From Chloroflexota bacterium (GTDB lineage Bacteria; Chloroflexota; Dehalococcoidia; UBA2979), in NCBI GenBank assembly GCA_027593235.1, contig JAQCIU010000025.1, positions 1-45,801 on the forward strand: a stretch of 45,801 bases of DNA, written 5' to 3'. The first letter of the stretch is position 1; every line of letters starts with the position of its first letter. Of this stretch, positions 19,687 through 29,526 are shown one piece after another. Made by a program: the position numbers and the translations under genes. Below the pieces are notes generated by a model. It was given only the letters and a program-made list of their open reading frames with translations, did no database searches and was not told where the DNA came from.

Positions 19687-20538
19687 CTAGCCGGCCAGCC
19701 GGCTAGGGTGCGCCTTGATCTGCGTCATCACCTCATCGAGCACCCGCTCGGTCTCCTGCTGGATCAGCCAGTGCCCCGCGTCCAGCTCCACGAGCCGGTA
19801 CTCCGCTTTCATATACGGCGGCGTGCCGTCGACGCCGGTCCGCCCGATCGCGCCGTCCTGGTTTCCCCAGATCAGCAGCGTCGGCACGGTGATATCGCCG
19901 ACCCGCTGCGTCGCGTCCGGCCCGTCGTAGCGCAACGAGGAGCGGTACCAGTTCAGCGCCCCGGTCAGCGCGCCCTCCTGCGTGAACACGGATCGGTAGT
20001 CCGCCTGCTCCTCGTCGGAACTCTCCGTCCACATCGCATCGAGGCGTCCCGCGATCGCCTTCTCTGCCGCGCCCACGATCTGGAACTGCGCGATGTACTT
20101 GCTGCGCTCGCGCTGGTCCGGGTCGTTGCGGATCGCCTGCCCGAACGCGTTCGGGTGCGGCACCGACAGCGCCGTGTGCGAGAGCAGCCGCTCCGGGTGC
20201 GCGTGCGCCACCGACCAGCTCACCCCAGCCCCGTGGTCGTGCCCAACGAGGTGGAATCGCTCGAACCCGGAGGCGTCCGCCAGCGCAATCACATCCGAGA
20301 TCAGCTTGGCGTAGTCGTAATCCTCCATCGCTGCCGGCCGCGCGCCCGGGCTGTACCCGCGCTGGTCCGGCGCGATCCCTCGATAACCCTCGTCCGCAAG
20401 CCGCTCCAGCAGCGGCGTCCACATGTGCGATGTCTCCGGGAAGCCGTGGAGCATGATCACCGGCTCGCCCTCGCTGCCCGCCGCGCGCACCCGGAACGTC
20501 AGCCCGTTGGCCTTGACCTCGTTGATCGTGATCGGCAT
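19687..20538 (-). CDS. Alpha/beta hydrolase (epoxide hydrolase-like)
   Basis: LHGFPE, APDQRGYS, VGHDHGA (Asp nucleophile), LNWYR, PTLLIWG..D and AGHW. Start ATG 20538. Confidence 0.9.
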   Translation of the reverse strand: MPITINEVKANGLTFRVRAAGSEGEPVIMLHGFPETSHMWTPLLERLADEGYRGIAPDQRGYSPGARPAAMEDYDYAKLISDVIALADASGFERFHLVGHDHGAGVSWSVAHAHPERLLSHTALSVPHPNAFGQAIRNDPDQRERSKYIAQFQIVGAAEKAIAGRLDAMWTESSDEEQADYRSVFTQEGALTGALNWYRSSLRYDGPDATQRVGDITVPTLLIWGNQDGAIGRTGVDGTPPYMKAEYRLVELDAGHWLIQQETERVLDEVMTQIKAHPSRLAG

Positions 20539-20663
20539 CCGTACCCCCCGCGTCGCGTCTCTCGGGCCGAGCCTACCGGCTCCCGAGGGCGTGTGGCGAA
20601 ATGTCCGCACCGCAGCGCGTAAGATGAGCGTCCGGGTTTGCGCCGATGGGGTTTCGAGGAGTA

Positions 20664-20677
20664 TGACGTTAACGTAA
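20664..20677. promoter_or_regulatory. Palindromic candidate operator TGACGTTAACGTAA between the divergent hydrolase and MFS genes
   Basis: Perfect 10-bp AT-rich palindrome ACGTTAACGT (20666-20675) in a GC-rich divergent intergenic region. Confidence 0.45.
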
Positions 20678-20724
20678 GAGTGCAAGCGGCCCGCGGCTAC
20701 TGCCCGCGAGCGCGGAGATAGCTG

Positions 20725-22083
20725 TTGGCCCAGACCGTCCTTCGCACGCCGCCTCCCGAGCCGGATCACATCCCGGACGAGGTTGAGGCGAAGCGGCCGT
20801 GGTACTTCCCACGGACGTTCGATGCGTTCGAGTTCGGTCCCTTCCGCTGGTTCATGGGCGCCATGATCTGGTGGAACGCCGCGATGAGCATGCAAATGCT
20901 CGTCCGCGGTTACCTCGCCTACAACCTCACCGGCGACTTCCGAGCACTCGGTATCGTCGGTCTCGGCTCCGCGATCCCGATGCTGCTGCTCTCCCCGTTC
21001 GGCGGCGTCATCGCCGATCGCGCCTCGAAGCGGCTGGTGCTCCAGATCGGACAGACGTTCAGCCTCGTCATCGCCGTGGTCGTCGCCGCACTGCTCTTTG
21101 CCGGCGTCCTGGAGTTCTGGCACCTGTTCATGGCCTCGGTCGCTCAGGGCTTGATGATGGCCCTCGTCATGCCATCACGGCAGGCGCTGCTGCCCGAGGT
21201 GGTCGGCATGCGCCGGCTGATGAACGCCATCCCGTTGCAGAGCGCCGGCATGAATCTCATGCAAATCATGGCGCCGACGCTCGGTGGCTTCATGATCGAC
21301 TGGATCGGGGCCGGTTCAGTCTACACCTTCATGGCATTCATGTACGCGATGTCGGTGGTGATGCTGTTCGGTGTGAAGTCGCTGTCGCCCGAGGAGCAAG
21401 AGGCGGAACGCAGCGGCACCGCGGCGATGGCTTCCAGTGCACGCGTTCGCGGCCGCGGCCGCGGTTCCACCGGACCACGCGGCGGGACGTTCTCCGAACT
21501 CAAGAGCGGCTTCGCGTACATCTTCGCGGACCGGACCGTCCTCAGCATCCTCGCCTTCGCATTCCTCGGTTCCACCCTCGGTATGCCGATTCGCATGCTG
21601 CTCGCCGGGTACGTGGCGGCGGTCTTCGATGACTCCGGATCAACGCTCGGCATCCTCCAGATGGGGATGGCCGTCGGCGCCCTCGGCGGCGCGCTGGGCC
21701 TCGCCACGTTGCGGATGGACCGCCACCGCGGGCTGTTGCTGGCTGGCAGTTCCGCCCTGATGGGCCTCGCCATGCTCGGCTTCTCCACTACTGGCGTAAT
21801 GATCGTCGCCTGGTTCGGCCTGCTGGTGATCGGCATCGGCTCTGCCGGGCGCCAGGCGATGAGCCAGGTGCTGGTGCAGGAGTACGTGCAGGACGAATAC
21901 CGGGGCCGCGTGATGTCGGTCTTCATGATGCAGTTCAGCCTGATGTCCGTCGGAACCTTCATCGTCAGCCTCTATATGGAGGCGGTCGGACCAGAGTTCG
22001 CGATCGGGTCGCTCGGCGTCGTCTTGATGGCGGCAACCGCCTGCTACCTCCTGTTCGTCCCACGTTTCCGCCGTCTGGCCTGA
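20725..22083 (+). CDS. MFS transporter
   Basis: About 12 hydrophobic segments. MFS motifs GGVIADRASKR, PSRQALLPEVV and YRGRVMS. TTG start after GGAG. Confidence 0.9.
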   Translation: MAQTVLRTPPPEPDHIPDEVEAKRPWYFPRTFDAFEFGPFRWFMGAMIWWNAAMSMQMLVRGYLAYNLTGDFRALGIVGLGSAIPMLLLSPFGGVIADRASKRLVLQIGQTFSLVIAVVVAALLFAGVLEFWHLFMASVAQGLMMALVMPSRQALLPEVVGMRRLMNAIPLQSAGMNLMQIMAPTLGGFMIDWIGAGSVYTFMAFMYAMSVVMLFGVKSLSPEEQEAERSGTAAMASSARVRGRGRGSTGPRGGTFSELKSGFAYIFADRTVLSILAFAFLGSTLGMPIRMLLAGYVAAVFDDSGSTLGILQMGMAVGALGGALGLATLRMDRHRGLLLAGSSALMGLAMLGFSTTGVMIVAWFGLLVIGIGSAGRQAMSQVLVQEYVQDEYRGRVMSVFMMQFSLMSVGTFIVSLYMEAVGPEFAIGSLGVVLMAATACYLLFVPRFRRLA

Positions 22084-22189
22084 CTCTCCCCTACGGGATC
22101 ACCCCACCCTCCTCCCACTCGTGCCGTCGCCAAACAGGCCGAATCTCAAGGTGCAAGATCGCGCGCAGCCAGCGGCGTGAGGGGTATCG

Positions 22190-23638
22190 ATGCGCCGAGC
22201 ACTGCCCGAAGTATTGCCGTGGATCATCGCGCTGACAGCGTCGACGGCCGCTGCGATCGCGCTGTTAACCAGCGCGAACCTCGATGCTCAGTTCACACTC
22301 GCGGCGCCGCGCGGACACTTCTACATCGTCAGCCCGGTCGCGCTGATCAGCGTGCTCGTCGGCGTCTTCGCGGTCTTCGCCGCCCACCGCAGCGCCAGCC
22401 TCCGCGTGCTCCTGTTGGCGCTGGCCTTCCTCAGCATGGCAACGATCTTCGCCGTCCACGGATTGGCGACGCCCGGATTCATCCTCGACGCGCGCGCATT
22501 CGGTGTCACCGGCTTCGCGTCACGCCTCGCGTTGCTGGTCGCCGCGGTCTTCCTGGGCCTAAGCGCGGTTCCCTGGCCGGCGCGCCTGGAGGCCGAACTG
22601 GTCGCCCGTCGCATCGCCGTGATCGCCGTCTGGGTAGCGATACTGGGGGCGTTCACGGCCGTCGCACTGACGGCGCCCGAGTCATTGCCGCCGGATCTGG
22701 TGACCAGCCAGGGGTTCCAGACCGCCGCGTCGGTAATCGTGATCAGCCTCGGATTGGCCGCCGCGACGCGCTACTTCCAGGGCTACCGTCGCACGGCGCG
22801 TCCGCTGTTTGGCGCCGTCACCGTCGGCGCGCTGCTCCTCGTCGAGGCGCAAGTGAGCATGCACTATGGCGCGCTCTGGGGCGGCACCTTCTGGCTCTAC
22901 CACGTGCAGCTCCTCACCGGCTTCTCCGCCATCTTCTGGGGCCTCGTGACCGAGTACTCCCGAGGTGATAGCTGGCTCGACGCCATCTCGCGACTCGGCG
23001 AGCGCGACCTCGTCGCCCAGATCGAATCCGGCCACAGCGAGTCGATCGTCGGGCTCGCCGCAGCCCTCGAGGCACGCGATGGCTACACGCTCGGGCACGG
23101 GCGCCGGGTCGGCGCGCTTTCCGTGTTGATCGGCAAGCAACTCGGCTTCTCCGACGGACGCCTGCGCGCGCTCTCGCAGGGCGCGCTGCTCCACGATGTC
23201 GGCAAAATCGGCATCCCGGACGCGATCCTCCACAAGCCCGGCTCCCTCACGAACGAGGAGTTCGAGGTGATCAAGGAACACCCCGCACGCGGGCACCAGA
23301 TCATCGGGTCGAGCTTCGACACCAAGATCGAACAGGGCGTCATCCGCCACCACCACGAGAAGTTCGATGGCAGCGGCTACCCCGATGGCCTGGCCGGTCA
23401 GGCGATCCCCCTCGAGGCCCGCGTGACCGCAGTGGCGGACGTCTACGACGCGCTCCGCTCGGCCCGCGCGTACCGCGTCGCCTGGGACCGCGACCGTGCC
23501 GTCGCCCAGATCGCGCAAGACGTCGGCACCCACTTCGATCCGAGGTGTGTGCAGGCGTTCCTCGTCGTCGTGGACCAGTGGGAGCGCTCCTTCGCCGCCG
23601 ATCACGCGCACTACGAGGAACGCCGTGCCTCCGCCTGA
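22190..23638 (+). CDS. Membrane-anchored HD-GYP phosphodiesterase
   Basis: Multi-TM N-terminus. ARDGYT.GH..RV, LLHDVGKIG, HHEKFDGSGYP and ADVYDAL. Confidence 0.92.
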   Translation: MRRALPEVLPWIIALTASTAAAIALLTSANLDAQFTLAAPRGHFYIVSPVALISVLVGVFAVFAAHRSASLRVLLLALAFLSMATIFAVHGLATPGFILDARAFGVTGFASRLALLVAAVFLGLSAVPWPARLEAELVARRIAVIAVWVAILGAFTAVALTAPESLPPDLVTSQGFQTAASVIVISLGLAAATRYFQGYRRTARPLFGAVTVGALLLVEAQVSMHYGALWGGTFWLYHVQLLTGFSAIFWGLVTEYSRGDSWLDAISRLGERDLVAQIESGHSESIVGLAAALEARDGYTLGHGRRVGALSVLIGKQLGFSDGRLRALSQGALLHDVGKIGIPDAILHKPGSLTNEEFEVIKEHPARGHQIIGSSFDTKIEQGVIRHHHEKFDGSGYPDGLAGQAIPLEARVTAVADVYDALRSARAYRVAWDRDRAVAQIAQDVGTHFDPRCVQAFLVVVDQWERSFAADHAHYEERRASA

Positions 23639-23828
23639 CCCCCGCGCGGCCGCGACCAACCCCCACGTCGCCGCGACCAACCCCAGCGCCGGCTCGACCA
23701 ACCCCCGAGGTGTGCGACTCCTCGGTTGGTTCCTCGCCGCCAACGCCGTCGCCGCGCTGACCGCCCTCCTCGGCCCCGGAACCGGCGGCGCCGCCCACCA
23801 CCTCGCACTCTGGTGCGGGATCGGCTGA
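23625..23828 (+). CDS. Candidate 67-aa small membrane protein
   Basis: GAGGA SD, then GTG 23625 overlapping the HD-GYP end. Three TNP repeats, a hydrophobic helix and C-terminal HHLALWCGIG. Confidence 0.4.
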   Translation: MPPPDPRAAATNPHVAATNPSAGSTNPRGVRLLGWFLAANAVAALTALLGPGTGGAAHHLALWCGIG

Positions 23829-23881
23829 ACGAGCCGGGCGTATCCTCGCCCGATGTTGCCGCTCGCTCGCCCCGCTCTGTC

Positions 23882-24613
23882 GTGACCGCGGTCCCGCTCG
23901 CCGATCCGGCGGCCGAACGCGTCGGCGCACTGGTCGCCGACGCCTTCCGCGCCGTGCTCGCCGATCGCCTCGAAGCGTTGCTCGTGCACGGGAGCGCCGT
24001 GACCGGCGGCTACATCGAGGGCTATAGCGACTTCGACTTCGTCGTGTTCATGCGCGGCAGCATCGGCAACACCGAGGCCCGCGCCCTGCAGGCCCGCCTC
24101 GGCGAAGCGGACCACACCCCCTTCGAATACCTGCAGGTGAGCCGCGTCGTCGACCTCGACGCGCCGCCGCAGGGTGAAGCCCGGCGCCTGCTCATCGAGG
24201 GGGCATACGCCGCGCTGGTGGGAGACTATCCGCAGGGCTGGCCGTTCCTCGATGCCGACGCGCTCACCGCGCGTGGCGCCGAGGTGCTCGCGGCGCTGCC
24301 GGCCGCGCTCGATCGGAAGCGGCGGCACTGGGCGGCGGCAACCGGCGCCCGCCGCACGCTGGAGGTGCGCTACCACATGACCGATCTCAAACCCGCCGTG
24401 CGCGCACACCTGGTCGTGCTCGGCGAACCCGCGCTCGAGGTCTGGCGCGCACCGTATCCGGAGTTGGCGCGCCGCTGGTCATCCCGCGAAGCAGCCGAGG
24501 GCGCACGCTTCGCCCACGTGCTGGCGTCGCTCCCCGCCGCGCACGACCGCGAAGCCGCGGTCGGCGAGGAGTTGCTCGCGCTCATTGAGGCGATCAGCGA
24601 GGCCCACCAATGA
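23882..24613 (+). CDS. Nucleotidyltransferase-domain protein
   Basis: LLVHGSAVTGGY..GYSDFDFVV (GS...SDxD Pol-beta-like motif) with a helical C-terminus. Start uncertain. Confidence 0.7.
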   Translation: MTAVPLADPAAERVGALVADAFRAVLADRLEALLVHGSAVTGGYIEGYSDFDFVVFMRGSIGNTEARALQARLGEADHTPFEYLQVSRVVDLDAPPQGEARRLLIEGAYAALVGDYPQGWPFLDADALTARGAEVLAALPAALDRKRRHWAAATGARRTLEVRYHMTDLKPAVRAHLVVLGEPALEVWRAPYPELARRWSSREAAEGARFAHVLASLPAAHDREAAVGEELLALIEAISEAHQ

Positions 24614-25113
24614 GCGAGCCCGGCGCAGCCGCCTCCGTCTACGTCACCCTCGCCACCGCCCGCGCGATCGAGTGCAACGGCTGCGGCGACTGCTGCGACT
24701 CGCGGCGGACCGACGGCTACTGGACCTGGGGCGCGCTCCCCCTCGATCAGTTCGCCGCGCTCAACGACGGTGCCCCCCTGATCATCCCGCTCGAACGTGT
24801 CGAGGACGGGGGGCTGCGCGACCGCGCGCCACGTCCCGAGGACGAGAGCGAGCTCTTCCCGACGTCGTTCCGCTGCGCGGCGTTCCTGCCCCAGGAAGAC
24901 GGACGCGGGCTCTGCGGACATCACGACCGGGAGCGACCGGACCGCTGCGGCGAATACCCGGTGCACGTGCCCTACCTGGAGTCAGAGCTGGAGCAGTACG
25001 GCGAAGTGCCGCTCAGCACCTCCGCCTTCCCGCGCTGTAGCTGGTACCGAATGGTCGTCGTGCGCGACGACGACCCGAGGGCGACTCCGGCTTCCGAGCT
25101 CAGCTCGCCCTGA
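24610..25113 (+). CDS. YkgJ/FliB-like CxxCxxCC cysteine-cluster protein
   Basis: CNGCGDCC...C.AF......C..H...RP..C..YP...C.W. ATGA overlap with the upstream gene. Confidence 0.75.
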   Translation: MSEPGAAASVYVTLATARAIECNGCGDCCDSRRTDGYWTWGALPLDQFAALNDGAPLIIPLERVEDGGLRDRAPRPEDESELFPTSFRCAAFLPQEDGRGLCGHHDRERPDRCGEYPVHVPYLESELEQYGEVPLSTSAFPRCSWYRMVVVRDDDPRATPASELSSP

Positions 25114-25819
25114 CCGCAAGCCCCTCGTGGAGTGAGCTGAGCTGCTGCCCGTCGCCGTCGAAGTTGGACGGGTCGAGCCAGCGCTCGAACGACGCTTTCA
25201 GCACCGGCCAATCCGCATCGATGATCGAGAACCAGTCCGTATCCCGGTTGCGGCCCTTGTACATCACAACCTGCCGGAACTGGCCTTCGTACGTAAAGCC
25301 GAGGCGTTTCGCCGCGGCCCGCGATGGCGCGTTCAGCGAGTCGCACTTCCACTCGTAGCGCCGGTAGCCGAGGTCGTCGAAGACGTGCGCCATCATCAGG
25401 TACATCGCCTCGGTCGCCGCGCGCGTCTGCGCCAGCAGCGGTGAGTAGTTGATGCCGCCGACCTCGATCGAGCCCATCTGCTCGTCGATACGCAGGTAGC
25501 TGGCGACGCCTGTCGGGCCGCCTCGTTCGCGGTCCACGATCGCGAAGAAAAGTCGGCTGTCCGTCGTCATCATCGCTTCGACCCAGGCCCGGTAGTCCTC
25601 GAAACGGTCGAACGGGCCGTACGGGAGGTACGTCCAGCGGCTGCCGGTCTCATCGAGGTTGTCCGCGGCGAAGAGCGGCTCGGCGTGCTGTTCCGCGTCG
25701 ATCGGCTCCAGGCGGCAATAGCGCCCATCGATCGCTTCACGCGACGGGGAGAGGCATGGCTCCCACTCGGGCACCGGGAAGCCAATCGGCTGGCCAAGGT
25801 CATTGCTGTGCCCGCTCAT
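25100..25819 (-). CDS. GNAT acetyltransferase (RimJ/RimL-like)
   Basis: NDLGQPIG, GRYCRLEP, WTYLPYGPF, LGYRRYEWKCDSLN.PSR.AA.RLGF..EG and KGRNRDT.WFSI. Confidence 0.92.
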   Translation of the reverse strand: MSGHSNDLGQPIGFPVPEWEPCLSPSREAIDGRYCRLEPIDAEQHAEPLFAADNLDETGSRWTYLPYGPFDRFEDYRAWVEAMMTTDSRLFFAIVDRERGGPTGVASYLRIDEQMGSIEVGGINYSPLLAQTRAATEAMYLMMAHVFDDLGYRRYEWKCDSLNAPSRAAAKRLGFTYEGQFRQVVMYKGRNRDTDWFSIIDADWPVLKASFERWLDPSNFDGDGQQLSSLHEGLAVRAS

Positions 25820-25871
25820 CGCACCCATCCGTTGCTGCACCTGCTGTCGAGCGGCTGAGTATAGGGGCGCG

Positions 25872-27212
25872 TCAGCTTCCGGTAACCGCCGCCCCCTCGC
25901 GCGCGTCCACGACGCCCGCCGCGCAGAGCGCCGCGACCTCCTCGACGCTAAGCCCGCCCTCGATCAGCACCTCGCTCGAGTGCTCGCCGTACGCCGGTGC
26001 CGGGCGGTAGGCGCGCGTCGGCGTGCCGGACATCAGCACCGCCGGGCCCATCAGCCGTTGCGGACCCGTGGCTGCGTGCTCGTGCTCCCAGAACATCTGA
26101 TCCGCCGCCACCTGTGGGTCGTCCGACATCTCCTCGGGGAACTGCACCGGCGCGACCGGTACCCCCGCCTCGTCGAACAGCCGCACCCACTCGTCGACGG
26201 TCTTGTCGAGGAAGATCGTGCGGATGCGCGCGCGCCATTCGAGGGCGATCCGCTGGTTCTCCGCGTCGTACGCGTCATAGCCCTCGCGGTCGGAGTCCTC
26301 GTCGCCGTAGATCCCCAGCACCTTCCGCATCCCATCGCGGTTCGCTTTCGTCAGCGCGCCAAGCACCACCCCGCCGTCCTTCGCGCGGTAGCCGCCGTAG
26401 TACAGGCGGAAGGCGATCCGGATCTCCTGCAGCGACTCCCGCGCCTCGATGATCTCGCCGTAGGAGCCGCCGTTCGCCTTGATTTGGTCGATGCGCCCCA
26501 GCATCTGATCGCGGATCACCGCGTCGTGGACCGGCTCGCGCATCACCGAGCCGCCCATCATGAACAGCGCGCTGCGCAGCAGTGATGTGGAGAGCCGCTG
26601 GCCCTCGCCGGTCTGGGCCCGGTGGTACAGCGCCGCGCAGATCCCCATCGCCGCCGCGAAGCCGGTGACGATGTCGGAGACGGGGCTGGAGATCAGGTCC
26701 GGCGCGCCGTCGTCCCGCAGCTTCCCATCGAGCGCCATCAGCCCGGAGTAGGCCTGCGCCACGATGTCCGAACCGGCCCGATACGCCTCCGGGCCCTCTT
26801 CGCCGAAACCGGTGTTCTGCCAGTAGATCAGGTTCGGCTTGATCGCCCGCAGCGAGTCATAGTCGATGCCGATCCGTTCCGGGACGCCCAGCCGAAAGTT
26901 GATCAGCACGACATCGACATTTCGAACCAGACGGTGAATCGCGTCTCGGCCGCGCTCGTCCTGGAGATCGAGGATCAGGCTGCGCTTACCGCGGTTCAGC
27001 GCCTGGAACCCCTTCCCCTCCCTCGGGATCACCGCGCCGGTGTTGCGGATCGACTCACCGCCCGGCGGCTCGACCTTGATCACGTCAGCCCCGAGGTCCG
27101 ACAGGTTGATGCCGCAGACCGGTGCCGCAACGATTTGCGAGAACTCCAGCACGCGAACGCCGGCCAGCGGTCCAGGGAACGCCTCGGCCGTTTCGAGGCG
27201 AGGGTCGGGCAT
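25872..27212 (-). CDS. Family III CoA-transferase (CaiB/BaiF)
   Basis: GPLAGVRVLEF, DLGADVIKVEPP.G, NRGKRS..LDL, catalytic Asp in SDIVTG, and P.YGEHS.EVL. Confidence 0.92.
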   Translation of the reverse strand: MPDPRLETAEAFPGPLAGVRVLEFSQIVAAPVCGINLSDLGADVIKVEPPGGESIRNTGAVIPREGKGFQALNRGKRSLILDLQDERGRDAIHRLVRNVDVVLINFRLGVPERIGIDYDSLRAIKPNLIYWQNTGFGEEGPEAYRAGSDIVAQAYSGLMALDGKLRDDGAPDLISSPVSDIVTGFAAAMGICAALYHRAQTGEGQRLSTSLLRSALFMMGGSVMREPVHDAVIRDQMLGRIDQIKANGGSYGEIIEARESLQEIRIAFRLYYGGYRAKDGGVVLGALTKANRDGMRKVLGIYGDEDSDREGYDAYDAENQRIALEWRARIRTIFLDKTVDEWVRLFDEAGVPVAPVQFPEEMSDDPQVAADQMFWEHEHAATGPQRLMGPAVLMSGTPTRAYRPAPAYGEHSSEVLIEGGLSVEEVAALCAAGVVDAREGAAVTGS

Positions 27213-27563
27213 CGATGCCTCCTCGTACTGCGGAGTCGCGAGGGCGCATCGTAGCCGAACGAATCACGCGCGTGGTCTCGCAGCCCGTCGCCACGCACTC
27301 CCGCGCCAGCTCCTCGTTCATCGGCCGCGCGAGCGACCCCGATATCCCACGACTGGCACCGTGGTGTCTTGTCAGAAACCAGAGGCAATTTCTTCCGTGT
27401 TGGTCGGAAAGACCCTGCCATCAGTCAGCCAGCCTCTGCCGATTCTCAGGGTGACGAGTGGGCCAAACCCGACGATCGCGCGCCCGAGGTGCTAGCCGGG
27501 CGCACGAGGCATGGCGGCCGCCCATTGCGAGGTTGGTATGCGCTCAATCCGGTAACGCGCCGA

Positions 27564-29486
27564 ATGTTGCTCATCGCCGGCATCACCATGCTCGGTGTGC
27601 TCGCCTTCGTCGTCGGTGTTGCGCGACCCGGACTGGGTGTCCAGCTCGCGCCGTGGCTCCTGACGGCGACCGTTGCGCCAGCCATCGCCGTCCTCGGCGA
27701 TCGCGCACTCCGCCGCTCACGAGGCCAGTCGCTCGATCCGGCCGCGATCGAGAGTGGCATCGTCGCGACGCCGAGCGGTGAACAGTTCCGTGCCGTCCTC
27801 GACGCGATGGCCGAAGCAGTGCTGATCTACGACGAGAGCGGCGTTCGCTACGTCAACGCGCCCGGCGCGGAGCTGCACGGCACCGACCCGGAAATCCTCA
27901 TGCTCTCCAAACGGGCGCAGGACTTCGTCGAGTACCTGGACGCGGACGGGGGTCGGGCGGTCTACGCCGAGCTTCCGACGCTCAAGACGTTCATAAAGAA
28001 CCGCGCGCACCCGAACGAGGTGATCGGCCTCCGACGCCTGCGCGATGACCACCTCTTCTGGGTGATCGCCAGCGCCTCTCCGCTGGCTGCCCAGGTGGTC
28101 CCGGACCCCGTCGGCCGCCAGGTGATCGTTACCTACACGGACATCACTGAACGACGCCGGCTGGAGTCGGAACTCGCCTCCGCACACCACTCCGCGGAGA
28201 AACTCGCGAAGTTCGATGGCCTGACCGGGCTGCCGAATCGCAACCACACCGTCGATTTCCTGATCGAAGAGTTCAGCCAGGCGCAGGACGAAGGCCGTCG
28301 TGTCGCGCTGTTCTTCGTGGATATCGATCACTTCAAGGACGTCAACGACTCCAGCGGCCACATGGCCGGCGACGCGCTGCTCCGCCAGGTCTCGGAACGC
28401 TTCCGTCGTGTCGTCCGGTCAGGTGACCTCGTCGGTCGCTTTGGCGGCGACGAGTTCGCCTTCGTCCTCCGCTCCGTCGGTTCCGCCGACGAGGCCGCCG
28501 AGGTGGCGGAGCGGGTCCTCGAGGCGATGCGAAAGCCATTCTCGATCGAAGGACGCTCCCTGCAGGTCAGCGTCAGCATCGGCGTCTCGCTCTCCAGCGA
28601 CACCGGCTCCAGCGTGTTTGAGCTACTGCGCGAGGCCGACACCGCCATGTATCTCACGAAGGCGCTCGGCCGGAACGGCTACCAGTTCTTCACCCCGGAA
28701 CTGAGCGAGTCATCGCAGCGCCGCGTTGCCCTGCTCCACCGCGTGCGCGAGGCGCTGCGGACCGACGGCTTCGAGCTGCACTACCAGCCGATCGTCGACC
28801 GCGCCGGCGAAACGATCGCGGTGGAGGCGTTGCTCCGCTGTGACGATGCACTGTTGGGCCAGATACCGGCGGTCGAGTTGATCGCTACCGCCCGCGCCGC
28901 CGGACTGATGCCCGATGTTGGTTGGTGGGTCCTTGAAACCGCGATCGGCCAACTCGCGGCCTGGCGTGCTGCCGGTGCGACGTTCCGGATGGCCGTCAAC
29001 GTCGATCCCGAGCAGCTTCGCGATCCGATGTTCGTACCGCGCATCGAGCGACTGCTCGTCCGGCACGGACTCCCCGTCCATGCGCTTGAACTCGAGCTCA
29101 CCGAGCAAGGACTCGTCGACGACGAGGTGGGCGCGAAGACGGTGCGCGCGTTGCGCTCGCTCGGCGTCGGGATCGCGATCGACGACTTCGGCACGGGCTA
29201 CTCCGCCCTCACCTACCTGATGAAGCTGCCAATCTCGACCGTCAAGCTCGATCGCTCCTTCATCCAGCAGACCACCACCGAGGTCGCGAACCGCGCCGTC
29301 GCCGGCCACGTCATCGAACTGGCGCACTCGCTCCACCTCACCGTCGTCGCCGAGGGCGTGGAGGATGAGGCGACCCTGCAATTCCTCCGCGACAACGGCT
29401 GTGACGCGTTCCAGGGCTACCTGTTCTCGCGTGCCCTCCGCCCCGCCGCCCTCGAGGCGTACCTCTCCCTGTCGCGCGCTGCCTAG
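27564..29486 (+). CDS. Membrane PAS-GGDEF-EAL diguanylate cyclase/phosphodiesterase
   Basis: 2 TM segments and a PAS-like region ending DITERR. D.LTGLPNR, RxxD I-site with GGDEF, EALLR, DDFGTGYS, EGVE and QGY. Start could be as early as TTG 27369. Confidence 0.9.
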   Translation: MLLIAGITMLGVLAFVVGVARPGLGVQLAPWLLTATVAPAIAVLGDRALRRSRGQSLDPAAIESGIVATPSGEQFRAVLDAMAEAVLIYDESGVRYVNAPGAELHGTDPEILMLSKRAQDFVEYLDADGGRAVYAELPTLKTFIKNRAHPNEVIGLRRLRDDHLFWVIASASPLAAQVVPDPVGRQVIVTYTDITERRRLESELASAHHSAEKLAKFDGLTGLPNRNHTVDFLIEEFSQAQDEGRRVALFFVDIDHFKDVNDSSGHMAGDALLRQVSERFRRVVRSGDLVGRFGGDEFAFVLRSVGSADEAAEVAERVLEAMRKPFSIEGRSLQVSVSIGVSLSSDTGSSVFELLREADTAMYLTKALGRNGYQFFTPELSESSQRRVALLHRVREALRTDGFELHYQPIVDRAGETIAVEALLRCDDALLGQIPAVELIATARAAGLMPDVGWWVLETAIGQLAAWRAAGATFRMAVNVDPEQLRDPMFVPRIERLLVRHGLPVHALELELTEQGLVDDEVGAKTVRALRSLGVGIAIDDFGTGYSALTYLMKLPISTVKLDRSFIQQTTTEVANRAVAGHVIELAHSLHLTVVAEGVEDEATLQFLRDNGCDAFQGYLFSRALRPAALEAYLSLSRAA

Positions 29487-29526
29487 CGAACCGTCCGCGC
29501 CGCCCTCGCGGTCTCCGAGGGCTGAA

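Noticed and set aside
22190-24613. HD-GYP or the second nucleotidyltransferase as part of the CBASS system
   Set aside because: They lie more than 11 kb away, have host-like codon usage and show no operon link.
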